NCBI RefSeq assembly: GCF_947568905.1
Contig: NC_079169.1
Span: 35,092,001-35,156,000 of the forward strand
Direction of reading: 5' to 3'
DNA from: Ostrea edulis
Lineage: Eukaryota
Length of the DNA: 64,000 nt
Part shown: in pieces, positions 12,127-24,910 of the stretch
Layout: each line of letters begins with the position of its first letter
Numbering within the stretch: position 1 is the stretch's first letter
Program-made: the position numbers and the translations under genes
Notes under the pieces: model-generated
Database searches by the model: none
What the model saw: only the letters and a program-made list of their open reading frames with translations
Told to the model about the DNA's origin: nothing

Positions 12127-13363
12127 TACCCCCATCACACTAGGCCACGTTCGCACTACGACCATGTAAAAATTGATGATAGTAGTGCGATCGGGTACGT
12201 CGTAGTAAGGTCGTAGTAAGAACGTAGTAAGGTCTTTATGGTCGTGATGGTCGTGGAGCAACTTTGAACATGCTCAAAACAAACGTAGTGCGGTCGTGGT
12301 CAAATTTGATCGTAGTGGAAGCGTAGTACGGACGTACTAAGGTCGTATTTAGATCGGCATGGTCGTAGTAGCATCGTAATGGGATCGTGATGCAGAAGAA
12401 ACCGACTGCACTGCGATTCCACTACGCTCTCTATACGACCATCCCGTTTTCACTACGTTCTCATTACGATCATCCCGTTTGCACTACGTTTTCTTCACGC
12501 TTCCGCTACGATCACGGCACGTCCATACTATGTTGTTGAAGACTGTAGTAAGTTTTTACCAAGATCATCCCGTCCTTAATACGTCCTCACTACGATTTCA
12601 CTGCGCGCAAGCCACGACCGAATCACGTTCTGTTCTCCCCCACACACTGGTATAAAAACTGAACAAAAGTTGCATATGACCATTGCTTCTTTGGAATCAT
12701 GGAAAGGCCAGACCAAGAAATATTGATGGAGATGTTGATGCATATTCAGTATATGGCACTTAACGACCAAGCTGCTATATTGTTACTTAGGCGAAGGAGG
12801 AGGAGAATCGTAAGGTAGCGTAAATCTTGCTGGGTACGACCTTGGATTTCTGTTGAAAAAGACTTCAGTTTGGCCATTATGATCAACTGATGAATGAATT
12901 GAGGATGGAGGATCAACAGTCCTGAAGGTTCTGAGCTGTATTTATACTGAATCTGGATCTGATTCAGCTGCTGCAAAGCGTGGCGACATCGGCGCGGAAA
13001 CGTGGTAGAACCGTAGTAAGATCGTGGTAGAACCATAGTAAGATCGTGGTACAGTCTTGGCAGAAGCGTAGGAAACTCGTGTTGCAGTCGTAGGAGTCGT
13101 GGTGAGAGCGTAGTTAGAACGTGATGGACGTAGTGAGAACGTGGTAAGAACTTGATGAACGTAGTGAGAACGTGGTGAAATCGTAACAAGGCCGTAGTTT
13201 AATCGTAGTGGAGTCGTGATAAGAGCGTATTGAGGACGCAGTAACATCGTGAAGACAGACAAAATTACAAATTCATGCCGTTCGCACTACGATCTCACCA
13301 CGATCTAAAAAATTATAGAACGTAGTGAGGTCGTGATGGTCATGATGTAGTGTGACATGGCCA
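12127..13363 (+). mobile_element. Internally deleted PIF/Harbinger DNA transposon
   Basis: TTA on both flanks (12124-12126, 13364-13366), imperfect TIRs sharing TCACACTA, and dense subterminal CGTAGT/ACTACG motifs. 12699-12925 encodes a broken transposase N-terminus (RRRRRR..SCWVRPWI / RLQFGHYDQLMNELRMED). Confidence 0.8.
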
Positions 13364-14871
13364 TTAGAAGGGGATCCCCCATTGCAATGCTCAAAAATGC
13401 AGTATGTCGTACACAGTACAGGGGAGTAGGGGAAGGTACAGCCGGGGCACATGCCTGCACACTTTTCAAAGGGGAAAGAAGTATGGTTGTGTCCCCCCCC
13501 CCCCCCCCCCCTGCTCATAGACACATCTAAGGTGGAACGTGATAGAGGCCTTTGAGGAAGTTACAAACTATATACTTAAATTATAAAACAAATATGTAGA
13601 CGGATTTCTTCATGAAATTACGTTCAAAATGTGATTTAAAAATGTTCCCTTCTATATTTATCATAACCGACCCATACAATGGTCCACGAAGCAAATATGT
13701 CAAATCAATAAGTGTTTTATCGTTGAGCATGACATTATGAAGTGCGATTGCTCTGCAAACCAATTTCCTATCATGCGTGTTAAATGCATCGTAGAATATA
13801 CCATCAAAGCAAATGCACTTCATTCTTCATTTGTTATATGATAGACATTTTGCTTTTCGATTCATATCATAGTACTATATCACAGCATATGATTCAATAT
13901 CATAATATGATTAAATGGAATAGCATCATGTGTATCAATATAACATCAGAATATATGTTTACAATGTGATATGATACGATATTGTACGATACAAAATCAT
14001 ATGATAACCTACTATTCTGTATATTATATATTTATTACAAATAACAATACATAATTTCATACCATAATGATATCATAAGATGTGTCATATATCCAAAATC
14101 ACATCAGCCAAGCAAGTGTGAATGAGATAGGATCAGTAGATCTTCCATATGTATAAACCGCTAAGAATAGTCTCGGAGAAAATCCAAAACAGGCTACATG
14201 TAGCTTTATGCTATGCATGTATATTCATAACAATATTGACAATTCAAGTCTGATGAGAAATGTTCTTGTGGAGTATTTGTCTGCATTCTTAAGCAAAGTC
14301 TTGACGAGTATTTGTCTGCGTTCTTAAGCAAAGTCTGACGTTTGATATCATACTCCATATTCTTTGTAAAATATTTATAGCTACATTGACTATATGCAAT
14401 TCTGAATGGGTTAGCATAACACTCTAACCTTAATAACACATGGGGACAAGGATTTCACAATTATGGTAGTAGCTACTCTGTGTATATCAAATCAATTACG
14501 CACTCTGTTTGCATGTTATGGTCCTTAGTGTAGAATAAACTAATGCATGTTTACAAATGTAACTATAGAGCTCCCTTTCACGCCTGAACCCATATTCTCT
14601 TTATGGCAAGACGATTGCATGTATCTCGATATAACTATGCATGTATTTACTCGTAATAAAGAATATAACTCGTTGTGACTAGACACTTATTTGGTACGAG
14701 TCACTATTCTGTTAAAACAAGTAAATTCTTATTTTTGAAACAAAATTACAATTCCTAATATGTTTTAATCTGGTTACGTTTCATATGAATGATAGATTTA
14801 CTTATACTATGACAATGTTGGACTGCCTTCCTTAGGCATTACCAGAGAAATAATCCTTAATAAAATTTACA

Positions 14872-15058
14872 AGGGGGTCATTATTCTACGGGAGTCATTT
14901 TTCTAAACGTGAAATGGACTGATTTTTTTAAAAAGGCATTTTTTCTACGGGCAAAAGGGGTCATTATTCTACGTCGAATAATGACCGGGGGTCACTTTTC
15001 GACGTCGAAAAATGACCCCCGGTCATTATTCTATGGGAGTCATTTGCCTCTACACCGG
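14872..15058. repeat. Cluster of stacked short palindromes (GGGGTCATTATTCTAC motif)
   Basis: The motif recurs about 5 times, including the hairpins ggtcattattc-tacgtc-gaataatgacc and gggggtcacttttcgacgtcgaaaaatgaccccc. Confidence 0.75.
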
Positions 15059-15059
15059 C

Positions 15060-15411
15060 CACTGTCCCTTGGGCTCATCTGTTGATCCAGGCAAATCAAT
15101 CTCCAGGCTTGAGGGACAGAGAGGGGGACTTATACAACCAGACAATGAGACAGTACGGGGTGTTACAGTAAAGGTTGTCTAATCCTGTTGTTGTAGAAAG
15201 TTTCGTGGCGGATTGTAAACTGTAAAAAGCATGGGATCAATGTTAATTGATATAGAAAATAGGGTTATAAACAGAGCAATGATCTGATTCACTCTAACGT
15301 TTTCTCCGTCTGTCTCATTGCCTGGTTATCTATATATTTCCCTCTATCTGCCTGTTCCTAAATCCTAGAACATGATTTTTCTGGATCCGCATATGAGCCC
15401 AAGGGACAGTG
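15060..15411. mobile_element. MITE with perfect 19-bp CACTG TIRs (CMC/EnSpm-like)
   Basis: cactgtcccttgggctcat at 15060 and atgagcccaagggacagtg ending at 15411. No TSD is visible. Confidence 0.7.
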
Positions 15412-16187
15412 AAATCAAATACTTACCATAATTTTAAAACATCCATCGGGTAAGCCTTTTCCCTACTTTGTCTTAATTTTCCCATGTCCTGGACTCTTTA
15501 TTTAAAAAAGGAAAGGCGTCTCATAAAATTCATAATCAAAATCCTCTACGCAGTTTGCGTCACGACATATGTGCAAGTGATAAATATTTCTTTTCTTAAA
15601 CAGGAAGTTTTGCTTCAGATGCATGTGAAATGAATATTGTAGGTAATTCAATCTTAGGTATCCTTTTCAACGATCATAACACAGTATCGTTTATCCGCCA
15701 CTTTCTTCCCCATACTTGTTTTCTAATGTCGCATTTTCATATGGATACACTGGCTCACAATGGAGAGAATTTTTATCTAGCCTTTATATAATAACTTTCC
15801 TGCATCGGTGATCTGACGTTTACAAAAAAAGAAAGAAAGAAGAAATGCTGCTGGGTAAGCCATATTCTGTGATTTTCTTTTCGGACTTCTATATCTTGAA
15901 ATGGGTTTGTTGAGCGAATGTCCCAACAAGGTCAGACATTTATGGGATGGAGCCGCCTTTGGTCTCCATTGGCCCAAGGTGATACTCTGCAGGTAAAGCG
16001 GGTTTTCTGGCCATTTCTGGGGGTTACAATACGCATTCAAAATAAGATATGTTTCAAAATATTTCACACATCCCACTAAAGCTTACCAACTTAGAACAAA
16101 ACTCAACGTGTTTATTCCATCCCAGTGAAATTTAAAATCTTGATATCCATGATTTCTAAAGAATTGAAAAATATTTTTTAATCTCTC

Positions 16188-16446
16188 GATTGATTGATTG
16201 TGTATTGTTTAACGTCCCTCTAGAGAATTGTTCACTCATATGGAGACGTCACATTGCCGGTGAAGGACTGCAAAATTTAGGCCTATGCTCGGCGCTTACG
16301 GCCTTTGAGCACAGAAGGATCTTTATCATGCCACACCTGCTGTGACACGGGCTTGGTTTTTACGGTCTCATCCGAAGGACTGTCCCATTTAGTCGTCTCT
16401 TATAACAAGCAAGGGATACTGGGGACCTATTTTAACCCGGACCCTA
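16188..16446 (-). mobile_element. SINE, subfamily A, with TSD
   Basis: Full reverse copy with a (gatt)n tail, flanked by taatctctcga / taatctcccga. Confidence 0.85.
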
Positions 16447-17359
16447 TAATCTCCCGAGAAGTAGAAGTTATGACAATTTTGAGATAATTTCGTATTGTTA
16501 AAGGAGATGTAATTAACTGTTGTTTTTAAAACTAAGCACGGCGTGAATAATGAAAGAGTTAATCGAATTGAAACATTATATCATAATTAAGGTGGAAGTT
16601 TTTTAAGATATCGAAATAAATGAAATTCTGACCAGTCATATGTTTTTGTAGCTGATTGCAGCTTACAGAAAAATTATTACTAATATTGAACAATTATGCA
16701 ATCATACTCTTTCAATATTTGAAGGGAAACATACATGTACATGTATAAACAGACACTCCACCAGCCATTCATAGCACGCTATTTATTTACCGGACCATCG
16801 CTTGACATTTTCAAGTCGAGAAAAGAAACCTAAGATGCATTACATAATACACAGTAATGAAATTGGTTTCACATGACAAGACAGATGGCGTCGACCGCTA
16901 TCTGCATATTGTATGACACACTCTCCGAATCGTCATTGTAAATTAATGTAATTGGATATACATCTAACTTGACATGGATTTCACTTCCCGTTTCTTTTTT
17001 AACATTGCATCCTATTTCTCATATTTTCATACATTTTTTTTAAAATAAATATTTGGCTGATCAGGGTTTTTTTTACCTTGAAAATGATTGTATTCTGGGA
17101 CCTACATCCGAGGTTTTTTCTTGATTTAATGGAACAGGGCTGGTGATGTTCCAATTGTCGATTTGCCTGCCAACTGTATTCCAACAGGCGTGAAATTATG
17201 TCTTGTTTTGCTCAGAACATTAAATCCCGTTGAAATGTATACGCTTTTACGCAAGCTTGGATTCGTTGCAAGTGCTATATCATATATATTCTTATCGGAC
17301 ATTTTGTCCGAACAAGTTCGGAGTTTTACCTAAGATTCTTGTTGCAAGTCCATTTTTTC

Positions 17360-17820
17360 AGTGAACGAAAACTCTATTAGACATTAAGTGACTATGATCA
17401 GTGAACAATAAATCTATCAAGCATTAAGTGACTATGAGCAGTGAACGATAAATCTATTAGGCATTAAGTGACTATGATCATTGAACGATAACTCTATTAG
17501 GCATTAAGTGGTTATGATCAGTGAACGATAACTCTATTAGGCATTAAGTGACTATGAGCAGTGAACGATAACTCTATTAGGAATTAAGTGACTATGAGCA
17601 GTGAACGATAACTCTATTAGACATTAAGTGACTATGAGCAGTAACCGATAACTCTATTAGACATTAAGTGACTCTGATCAGTGAACAATAACTTAATTAG
17701 GCATTAAGTGGTTATGATCAGTGACCGATAACTCTATCAGGCATTAAGTGACTACGAGCAGTGAACGATAACTCTATTAGGCATTAAGAACTATAACTTT
17801 ATTAGGGATTAAGTGGTTAT
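17360..17820. repeat. 40-bp minisatellite, 10 full units plus partial units
   Basis: Unit actctattaggcattaagtgactatgagcagtgaacgata repeats in register from 17371 to 17770. Confidence 0.95.
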
Positions 17821-18209
17821 CCTCCGATGGTAGGATGAACTAGGCGTCAAATTTATTTCATTCAACCGTCAAATGAAGAAAACAAGCAAAATTGCGATGG
17901 CGCTGGTCAGATTAAGCATGTCATGAACATGTACTTCCAATACTATCCGGAATCTGGGCTCCATATACTCAATTGATAGTATAAATCCATACCCAATCAA
18001 GAATGTAAGGGGCTTTATCCAGGATTGTGTTCCATACACTCTGAAGATAACAAATTAATTTCCTGTACAAACAAATGAACTTCTGTGTAGGGTTGACAAT
18101 GATATTATTTGCTTACTGATGAAATGAAAAACGTCATCATGTGGTTAACGATAACGAACCAAGGATGAAAATTTAAAGTTACACCAAAATGTGTATGTTA
18201 TATCTTAAT

Positions 18210-18800
18210 AAAGATTAAGATAGCGAATAGTGACAAATCTCTTAATTTCCATAACGAAAACAAAATTAAGATTAGGGCAAACACGGAGAACTGGATATAC
18301 CAGAGATAGGATCAGGGGGCTTGGAGAAGTAAGTATCCCCTGTCAACCGGTTACCTCCGCCGTGAGCTCTATATCTTGATCAGGTATTCGGAGCAATCCT
18401 TAGTCAAATTCAGTGTCAAATGAACGACCTAACAATTGTTATTTTTATTCATGTTTTAAATCGAGGCAGGATTGATGTCACAGGAGTATAACCAGTTTTT
18501 AAATCAAGACAGGCTACTGACAAACAAATTGATGATAGAGGGAGTTCAACAGTTTCGTGTAAAGTCAGCATTTCCAATATTATATGGGCGTTATAACGAT
18601 TTAGTTTACTAATACAACCTGCCATTCAGTCAAATGCTGTTTGACGTGTTTCATACCAATCGTTAGGCCACTCTTTAAACATTGATTTTGACTACAGATT
18701 ACTGAATTGATCTGATTAAGATTTAGGACTGACGATGGATGTGACCTGTCGAAAGAGGATGCTTACTCCTCTGAGGTAACTGATCCAACCTCTGGTACAG
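18210..18800. mobile_element. Two diverged Penelope-like 3' fragments in opposite orientation
   Basis: A minus copy at ~18210-18436 and a plus copy at ~18495-18800 of the same 3' region. Confidence 0.65.
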
Positions 18801-19189
18801 TGTATACCCAATTTTTTACATTGGATAATTTAGAGTGTCATATATTTTCATTATAGATACAATCATTATTTTAAATTGGAATAAAAAAAAAATTCCCAAT
18901 TCGTATGTACCTTTAAACGACGAATTCACCATTTTTATTTTCATGCAGAAGACAATGCATTGTGACCTCACGTTATTTACCCCTGGCTTGTTAACCTGTC
19001 AAAACTCGTAACACTATTTACTAGGGGGAAAAGTATTGATATCGCATTTATTTAAATGTTTGTCCTTAAATGATGATACATATACATGATATACAGATAT
19101 TATTTTATTCCTTAGATTTAGAATACAGTGTTGGATTTTCTTTCATTTGTGCACTAATAAATTAATCCACGTCACTTTTTCTTGTACAG

Positions 19190-21609
19190 GTGTTATTGCA
19201 TTTCTACTTTTCTGTGGTGCTGGTGCATTGTGTGTACCCACTGAGGTGTCAAACATATGTGGTTCAAGTGGGATTATGTATAACTGTCGAAACAACCACC
19301 TAAAATCTATCCCAAGCACTATACCATCAAACGTCATCGCAATTGATGCTTCTGAAAACATGATCACAACACTTTATGACAATTCCTTCACAGGATTCGA
19401 TAACTTGATAGCAATTTATCTTCAGAGAAATGAAATATACCACATTCAGAAAAACGCATTTCAAGACCTGCCACATCTGTGCATTTTGGATTTGAATACA
19501 AACCTGCTTACTAAAGAATCTGTAGACCAAGGGATATTTGGAAATATGAGCTCACTTCTTGACCTCCAGCTTGCTTCTAACTATCCTAATGGAGGATTTC
19601 CCTATGAAGAGATAGGAAGACTTATATCACTACAAAATCTGTCCTTGAGTGCCTATGCATTAAGTCGTCATTTTCCTTCAAATTTCGGAAGTTTGAAGAA
19701 ACTTAAAAAACTAGAAATTCAAGATATTGACGTGTCTCTATTAAACAATAATTCATTTGAAAATATGGCTGAACTCACCATCGAGCATCTCTTCCTCGAT
19801 TTCCTAAATAATGGTGCGTGTGCTAACATTGACGAAGATTTATTATGGCCATTCTCTAACTTAAAAGGTCTTCGGTTTCAAACTTATTGTGGTATGCGAT
19901 ACGCCGTGAGACCACTAAGGTCGCTACAATTTAGAAAACTGGACTACCTGGACTTTTCTCGAACATTTCCCACAAATAACAATGTTCAAATTTTAAAAGA
20001 CGAAGATCTAAAATATCTAAGAAATATCTGTACAAAAAATTTCATATTGAGGGATGCAGGAATTGTTTGGATAGAAACAATGGGATCAGCTTTGTTCATG
20101 AAATGCCTGGAACGAATAGATCTGTCACAGAACATGATACGAAGCAGTCCATTTCTGTTTGCACTACTCGAAGCAACTCATATCAAAGTCATTGATATCA
20201 GCTACCAAAGCCATTGTGGTCATATTCATTATAACACATTGAATTCAAACCAAATGCTACAGGAAACATCGATCAATTTGACTGTTTCTACATCATTAGA
20301 AGAACTCAATTTCTCCCATTATTATTCAGAGCCACATGCATTACCTACGTCAATTACAGGCAATAATGTACAAATAATTGACATCAGTTATACGATGATT
20401 GAAGTATGTTCACCTACATATGACCATATCAGCATGCTTTTACCTCGTCTAAGTCACCTTTATCTTTCCGGCGTACCTTGTGGGGATTTAAACGTATTTT
20501 TTCTCAAAGATCTATATTCCTTATCGGAACTTTATATAAGACATGCAAATTTAGGTATGGGTCTAGAAAAGTATACGAAAGCTGAACTTTTGAGATATCT
20601 TAATAAGCTAAAGGTAATTGATCTATCTGATAATAATCTGCAACGCTTGCATCCGAACCTTTTTCAAAGCCAGGCATGGTCATTGGAGACGTTGCTATTG
20701 AACAATAATTTATTAACTTCTATACCGAATGCTCTGTACGCCGCATTTTCACTACGACATATAGAACTGCGATCCAACAAATTAGCATCCTTTTCAGAGG
20801 AAGATATTTCTATTTTGAACCACTTAATGCATGTACAGATAGATGTCACTGGGAACCCTATAGACTGTTCTTGCAACGCAATTGAATCGTTACATTGGAT
20901 GCACAATCATTATGAAAAATTCCTCAATTTGAACGAAACGCATTGTAATGAGGAACCCAATAGATCCGTTTTAAGTGTGATAACCAATATTCGGCCCTTA
21001 CAACTCCAATGTGTATCCAGGCTATGGCTGCAGATAACCGTGTCTGTTTTATCCTCCACTTTCCTCTTTTTTGCGATATATGCGATATCATATCGATACC
21101 GAATGATTGTCTGCTATGCATTACTACGAATCCGTCTATTTTGGAAACGGGGATTTTCAAAAATTACTTTAGGCAACGAAACCACCTTTGATGCATATAT
21201 TTCATACTCACCCAGCGATTACCTCTGGGTATCATCACATCTCTTCACTGCTTTGAACAACGAAAATCTGAAAATATCTCTGCAAGATAAAGATTTCCTG
21301 CCAGGTAATAATTTTGCAGAAGAAGTTGTAACGCACATCAACAAGAGTAGGTACGTGATTTTTGTGATAACGGAGACTTTTATAAAATCTGACTGGGGAT
21401 CATACGAAATTCAGGTAGCAAAAATCCACGCTATTCACACAAAGGCCAAATTGATATTGATCATCAAAGACAACTTACAGATTGAAGATCTGCCGAGAGA
21501 TTTGTTATACATTTGGTGGAAAATCAAGCATTTAGCGTACAATGAAAATGACACAGAAAAAAAACGAGCAAAATTTTGGAAACGATTAATCAGCAAAATC
21601 AAAGAGTAG
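19190..21609 (+). CDS. TLR: Toll-like receptor (LRR ectodomain, LRR-CT, transmembrane helix, TIR), main coding exon
   Basis: Open frame 19147-21609 with many LxxLxLxxNxL repeats, LRR-CT NPIDCSC, TM LWLQITVSVLSSTFLFFAIYAISY, and a TIR domain with FDAYISYS, DFLPG, SDWGSYE and FWKRL. A strong acceptor tttttcttgtacag at 19176-19189 precedes the hydrophobic VIAFLLFCGAGALC, so the ATG is probably in an upstream exon. Confidence 0.93.
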
Positions 21610-21869
21610 TTGGAACACATATAGTGATAGACAATCGTCAAACGGACTTGACTGGTCAATAGGGGATGCTTACTCCCTTTGGGTACTTCATCGCACCTCA
21701 TTTTCATTCATATTCATATTCATGTTCACTAAAACACGTGAGTTTTATAACCTATCTTCCGCTGTTCCAAGTGTGGTGTGGTGTCTGTGTAAACAAAAAA
21801 AGCAAAGTTCAATAAGAGAAACTGACATTAATTCATTAATGAAATTTATTTTTAAAAAAATACTTATTT

Positions 21870-22800
21870 AAAAACCACTCTGATTCCACTCTACTGTGAA
21901 GTTGAAATAACAAAAATATGCTAGAGTTCCTCATTGATAATATATTCGTGGTCTTTGGTGATCAGGTCTTCCAACAATCTGTTGGAATTCCTATGAGCAC
22001 GAATTGTGCTCCTTTGTTAGTTGGCCTGTTTCTATATTCATATGAAGCAGAATTTATTCAACGACTTCTACGTGAGAAGAAAAAATCTCTTGCTGTGGCC
22101 TTCAATTCGACATTTAGATATATTGATGACGTTTTCTCTATTAACAATGATAACTTTCATTCATATGTCGATTCGATATATCCCTGTGAGTTCGTAATAA
22201 AAGATACCACACAGTCGTCCACTTCTGCTTCATACTTATATATTTATTGAAATTCAACATTAACGGCAAACTGACAGCTCAATTGTATGAAACAGGATGA
22301 GTTCAGCTTCTTTATCGTTAACTTTATCACCTGCAAATGGTATTTATATCTCTCAACTGATTCGATACGCAAGAGCTTGTTCTGCATATTGTCAGTTTTT
22401 AAATCGAGGCAAGCTACTGATAAGCAAGTTGATTGTACAGGGGTTTCAACAGTCTCAATTGAAATCAGCGTTTGGCAAATTGTATGGTCGTTATAACGAT
22501 CTAGTTCGTCAATACAACCTATCACTGGGTCAAATACTGTCTGACTTATTTCATATCGATTGTTAAGTCGTTCTTGACACACTGATTTTGACTCTGGATG
22601 ACTCCGTTTACCTGACCAGGATATAAGGCTCACGGCGGGTGTGACCAGTCCATAGGGGATGCTTACTCCTCCTAGGCATGTAAACCCTATACGGTCCCCC
22701 CTCTGGTTTGTCCAGGGGTCCGTGTTTGCCCAACTATCTATTTTGTATTGCTTATAGGAGATATGAGATTGATCACTGTTCGTTATCTTCATCTTTCATT
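21870..22800 (+). mobile_element. 5'-truncated Penelope-like retroelement (RT plus thumb, frameshifted)
   Basis: Encodes MLEFLIDNIFVVFGDQVFQQSVGIPMSTNCAPLL...FRYIDDVFSIN, then GIYISQLIRYARAC...LFHIDC*, followed by the family 3' end. Confidence 0.88.
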
Positions 22801-23254
22801 TAAAAAGTCAATTACGAAATGGTTGATTTTTCAGGTATTCTACCCCTAATCAGCCCTTAGAATGCGTTCTTGATAAAGAATATGATTGATTGTGGTTTTT
22901 CGTCGTTTTGGCAATCTTTCAGACATATTTAATATTCTCAAATTGGAAAGATATGGCTTAATCAATTCAACATTGAAGCCGACGGGAAAAGATATTTTTC
23001 ATGGATTAAAGATAAAGAAATGGATTTTGGGGAAAAAGCTCGTGGTTAACAGATCCTCAAAAATATCATTAGTATTGGTATTGACTGTACTAAGAAGGAA
23101 AGGTGACTGTGCAATTTTTTTTTAAATTTGCTTTGTTAAATAAGAGAAAACTCCTATAATTGATACTGAATGTACATTAGTTATTTTTTGTGCTGATATA
23201 TATTAATCGATAAGTATATGAGAAGCGGTATTTGGTTTTTAAAAAGATAACATT

Positions 23255-23453
23255 TGACTACGGATACCTCCGTTTACCTGATCAGGATATAGGGCTCACG
23301 GCGGGTGTGACCAGTCGACAGGGAATGCTTACTCCTCCTAGGTACCTGATCCCACCTCTGGTGTGTCCAGGGGCCCGTGTTTGCCCAACTATCTATTTTG
23401 TATTGCTTATATGAGTTATGAGATTAATTACTGTTTGTTATCTTCACGTTTCA
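23255..23453 (+). mobile_element. Penelope-like element 3'-end fragment
   Basis: tttgactacggatacctccgtttacctgatcagg...ttatcttcacgtttcat. Confidence 0.8.
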
Positions 23454-23958
23454 TAAATAACTTTTATATTAATTGTTTGTTTTTTGTTTTTGTTTTGGTT
23501 AGAATAGGAAATACTCCTTCAATATGGACGAAAAACTTTAAGAATGGATTTTTCGCAAGATAAAGAGTGATTTCATCATCTTTCTACTTTACTTTGATAT
23601 TCTGGAAGTAAAAAGAAAAAGCAATACAAATAACATGTTTACGCCGAATGTTTTTCTTTACATTTAGATCTACAAACAGTATGAATTGTCCATTCTTATA
23701 AATAATTATAATTTGAAATTATGAGTAATAGTATAAATTGCGTTAAGAATTTGTTTCTGACAATATTTTATCGCATACATAGCAATGTGATATTTGTAAG
23801 AATGTGGGGTTATTTTATCTAAGATCACAGCTTTCGTCAAAGAACACGTCTGTTCAGAACGAGCTCAACACTGAACTGAATTCGGCTTACTCCAGAAGAA
23901 GCTTTGAACAAAGAACGGGCCAACAAATCAATACAACCAAGCGGCCCGTCAACTCGTT

Positions 23959-24910
23959 CTCCTTTAAAACCCATTCATTTCTGATACAAGATCAGTAATA
24001 GAAACAATATAACACACTAAATGGACTAGCAACAACACACAGCAGCTTTAATATTGTAACAATACAACGTACTATAATTGCATAACATGTATAGACAAGT
24101 TGGATTTGTATAAAATTTAAACGTGTTAACAGCTCTATGTGTCGTCCTAAACTGATTTTACATCGTTACTCGATTAAAACCGGTTCTATTGAACCACATC
24201 ACTGAACATACCTATACAGGTATTCGAATTGAAAACTTGAAATATCCGGAATAATCCATTGATTATAATTACCAAGTAGAAATTGGATTCTGCCTAATTC
24301 GTTCATCAAACAGAGGAAATCACATTTCTCCTTTAAAACCCATTCATTTCTGATATAAGACAATTAATAAAAACAACACAACACACTAAATGGACTAGCA
24401 ACGACACACAGCAGCTTAATATAAAGAACGGGAAAGGGATACTGACACATTGCATTTAATGAATCGAACTATAATAAATTGTACTAATATGTAAATACAT
24501 AAATATATGATAAAAATTACACTGGTACTTTAACCACAAATAATTAAAGTTCAAGATTTTTAGACACATTTAAACGGTCTGTGAGCGGATCCTTTATATA
24601 ACCATGTTTTGCAGATTCCGGCCGCCGCCGTCCATGTCTCTTAGATGTAAAAAGTCTATCCATAATGACTTGAAGCATCTGAGCCGCACCCGAAATGTCG
24701 TAATCACTTTGCATGATTTAAACGTGTTAACAGCTCTACGTATCGTCCAAAACTGATTTTACATGTTACTCGATTAAAACCGGTTCTATTGAACCGCATG
24801 ACTGAACATACCTATACAGGTATTCGAATTGAAAACTTGAAATATCCGGAATAATCCATTCATTATAATTACCAATTAGAAATTGATTTCAGTCTAATTC
24901 GTTCCTCAAA
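23959..24910. repeat. Interleaved direct duplications A-B-A'-B'
   Basis: A is ctcctttaaaacccattc... at ~23959-24050 and ~24328-24420. B is tttaaacgtgttaacagctc... at ~24116-24310 and ~24717-24910. Confidence 0.8.

Noticed and set aside
12746-13262. 147-aa and 106-aa minus-strand ORFs
   Set aside because: They are low-complexity translations of Harbinger subterminal repeats; the real remnant is on the + strand.
17360-17820. CRISPR-like array
   Set aside because: The units are contiguous 40-mers with no unique spacers, the context is eukaryotic, and there are no cas genes.
22630-22720. SECIS element in the Penelope-like 3' region (UGAC...UGAU)
   Set aside because: Helix II pairs poorly and the apical AA is absent.
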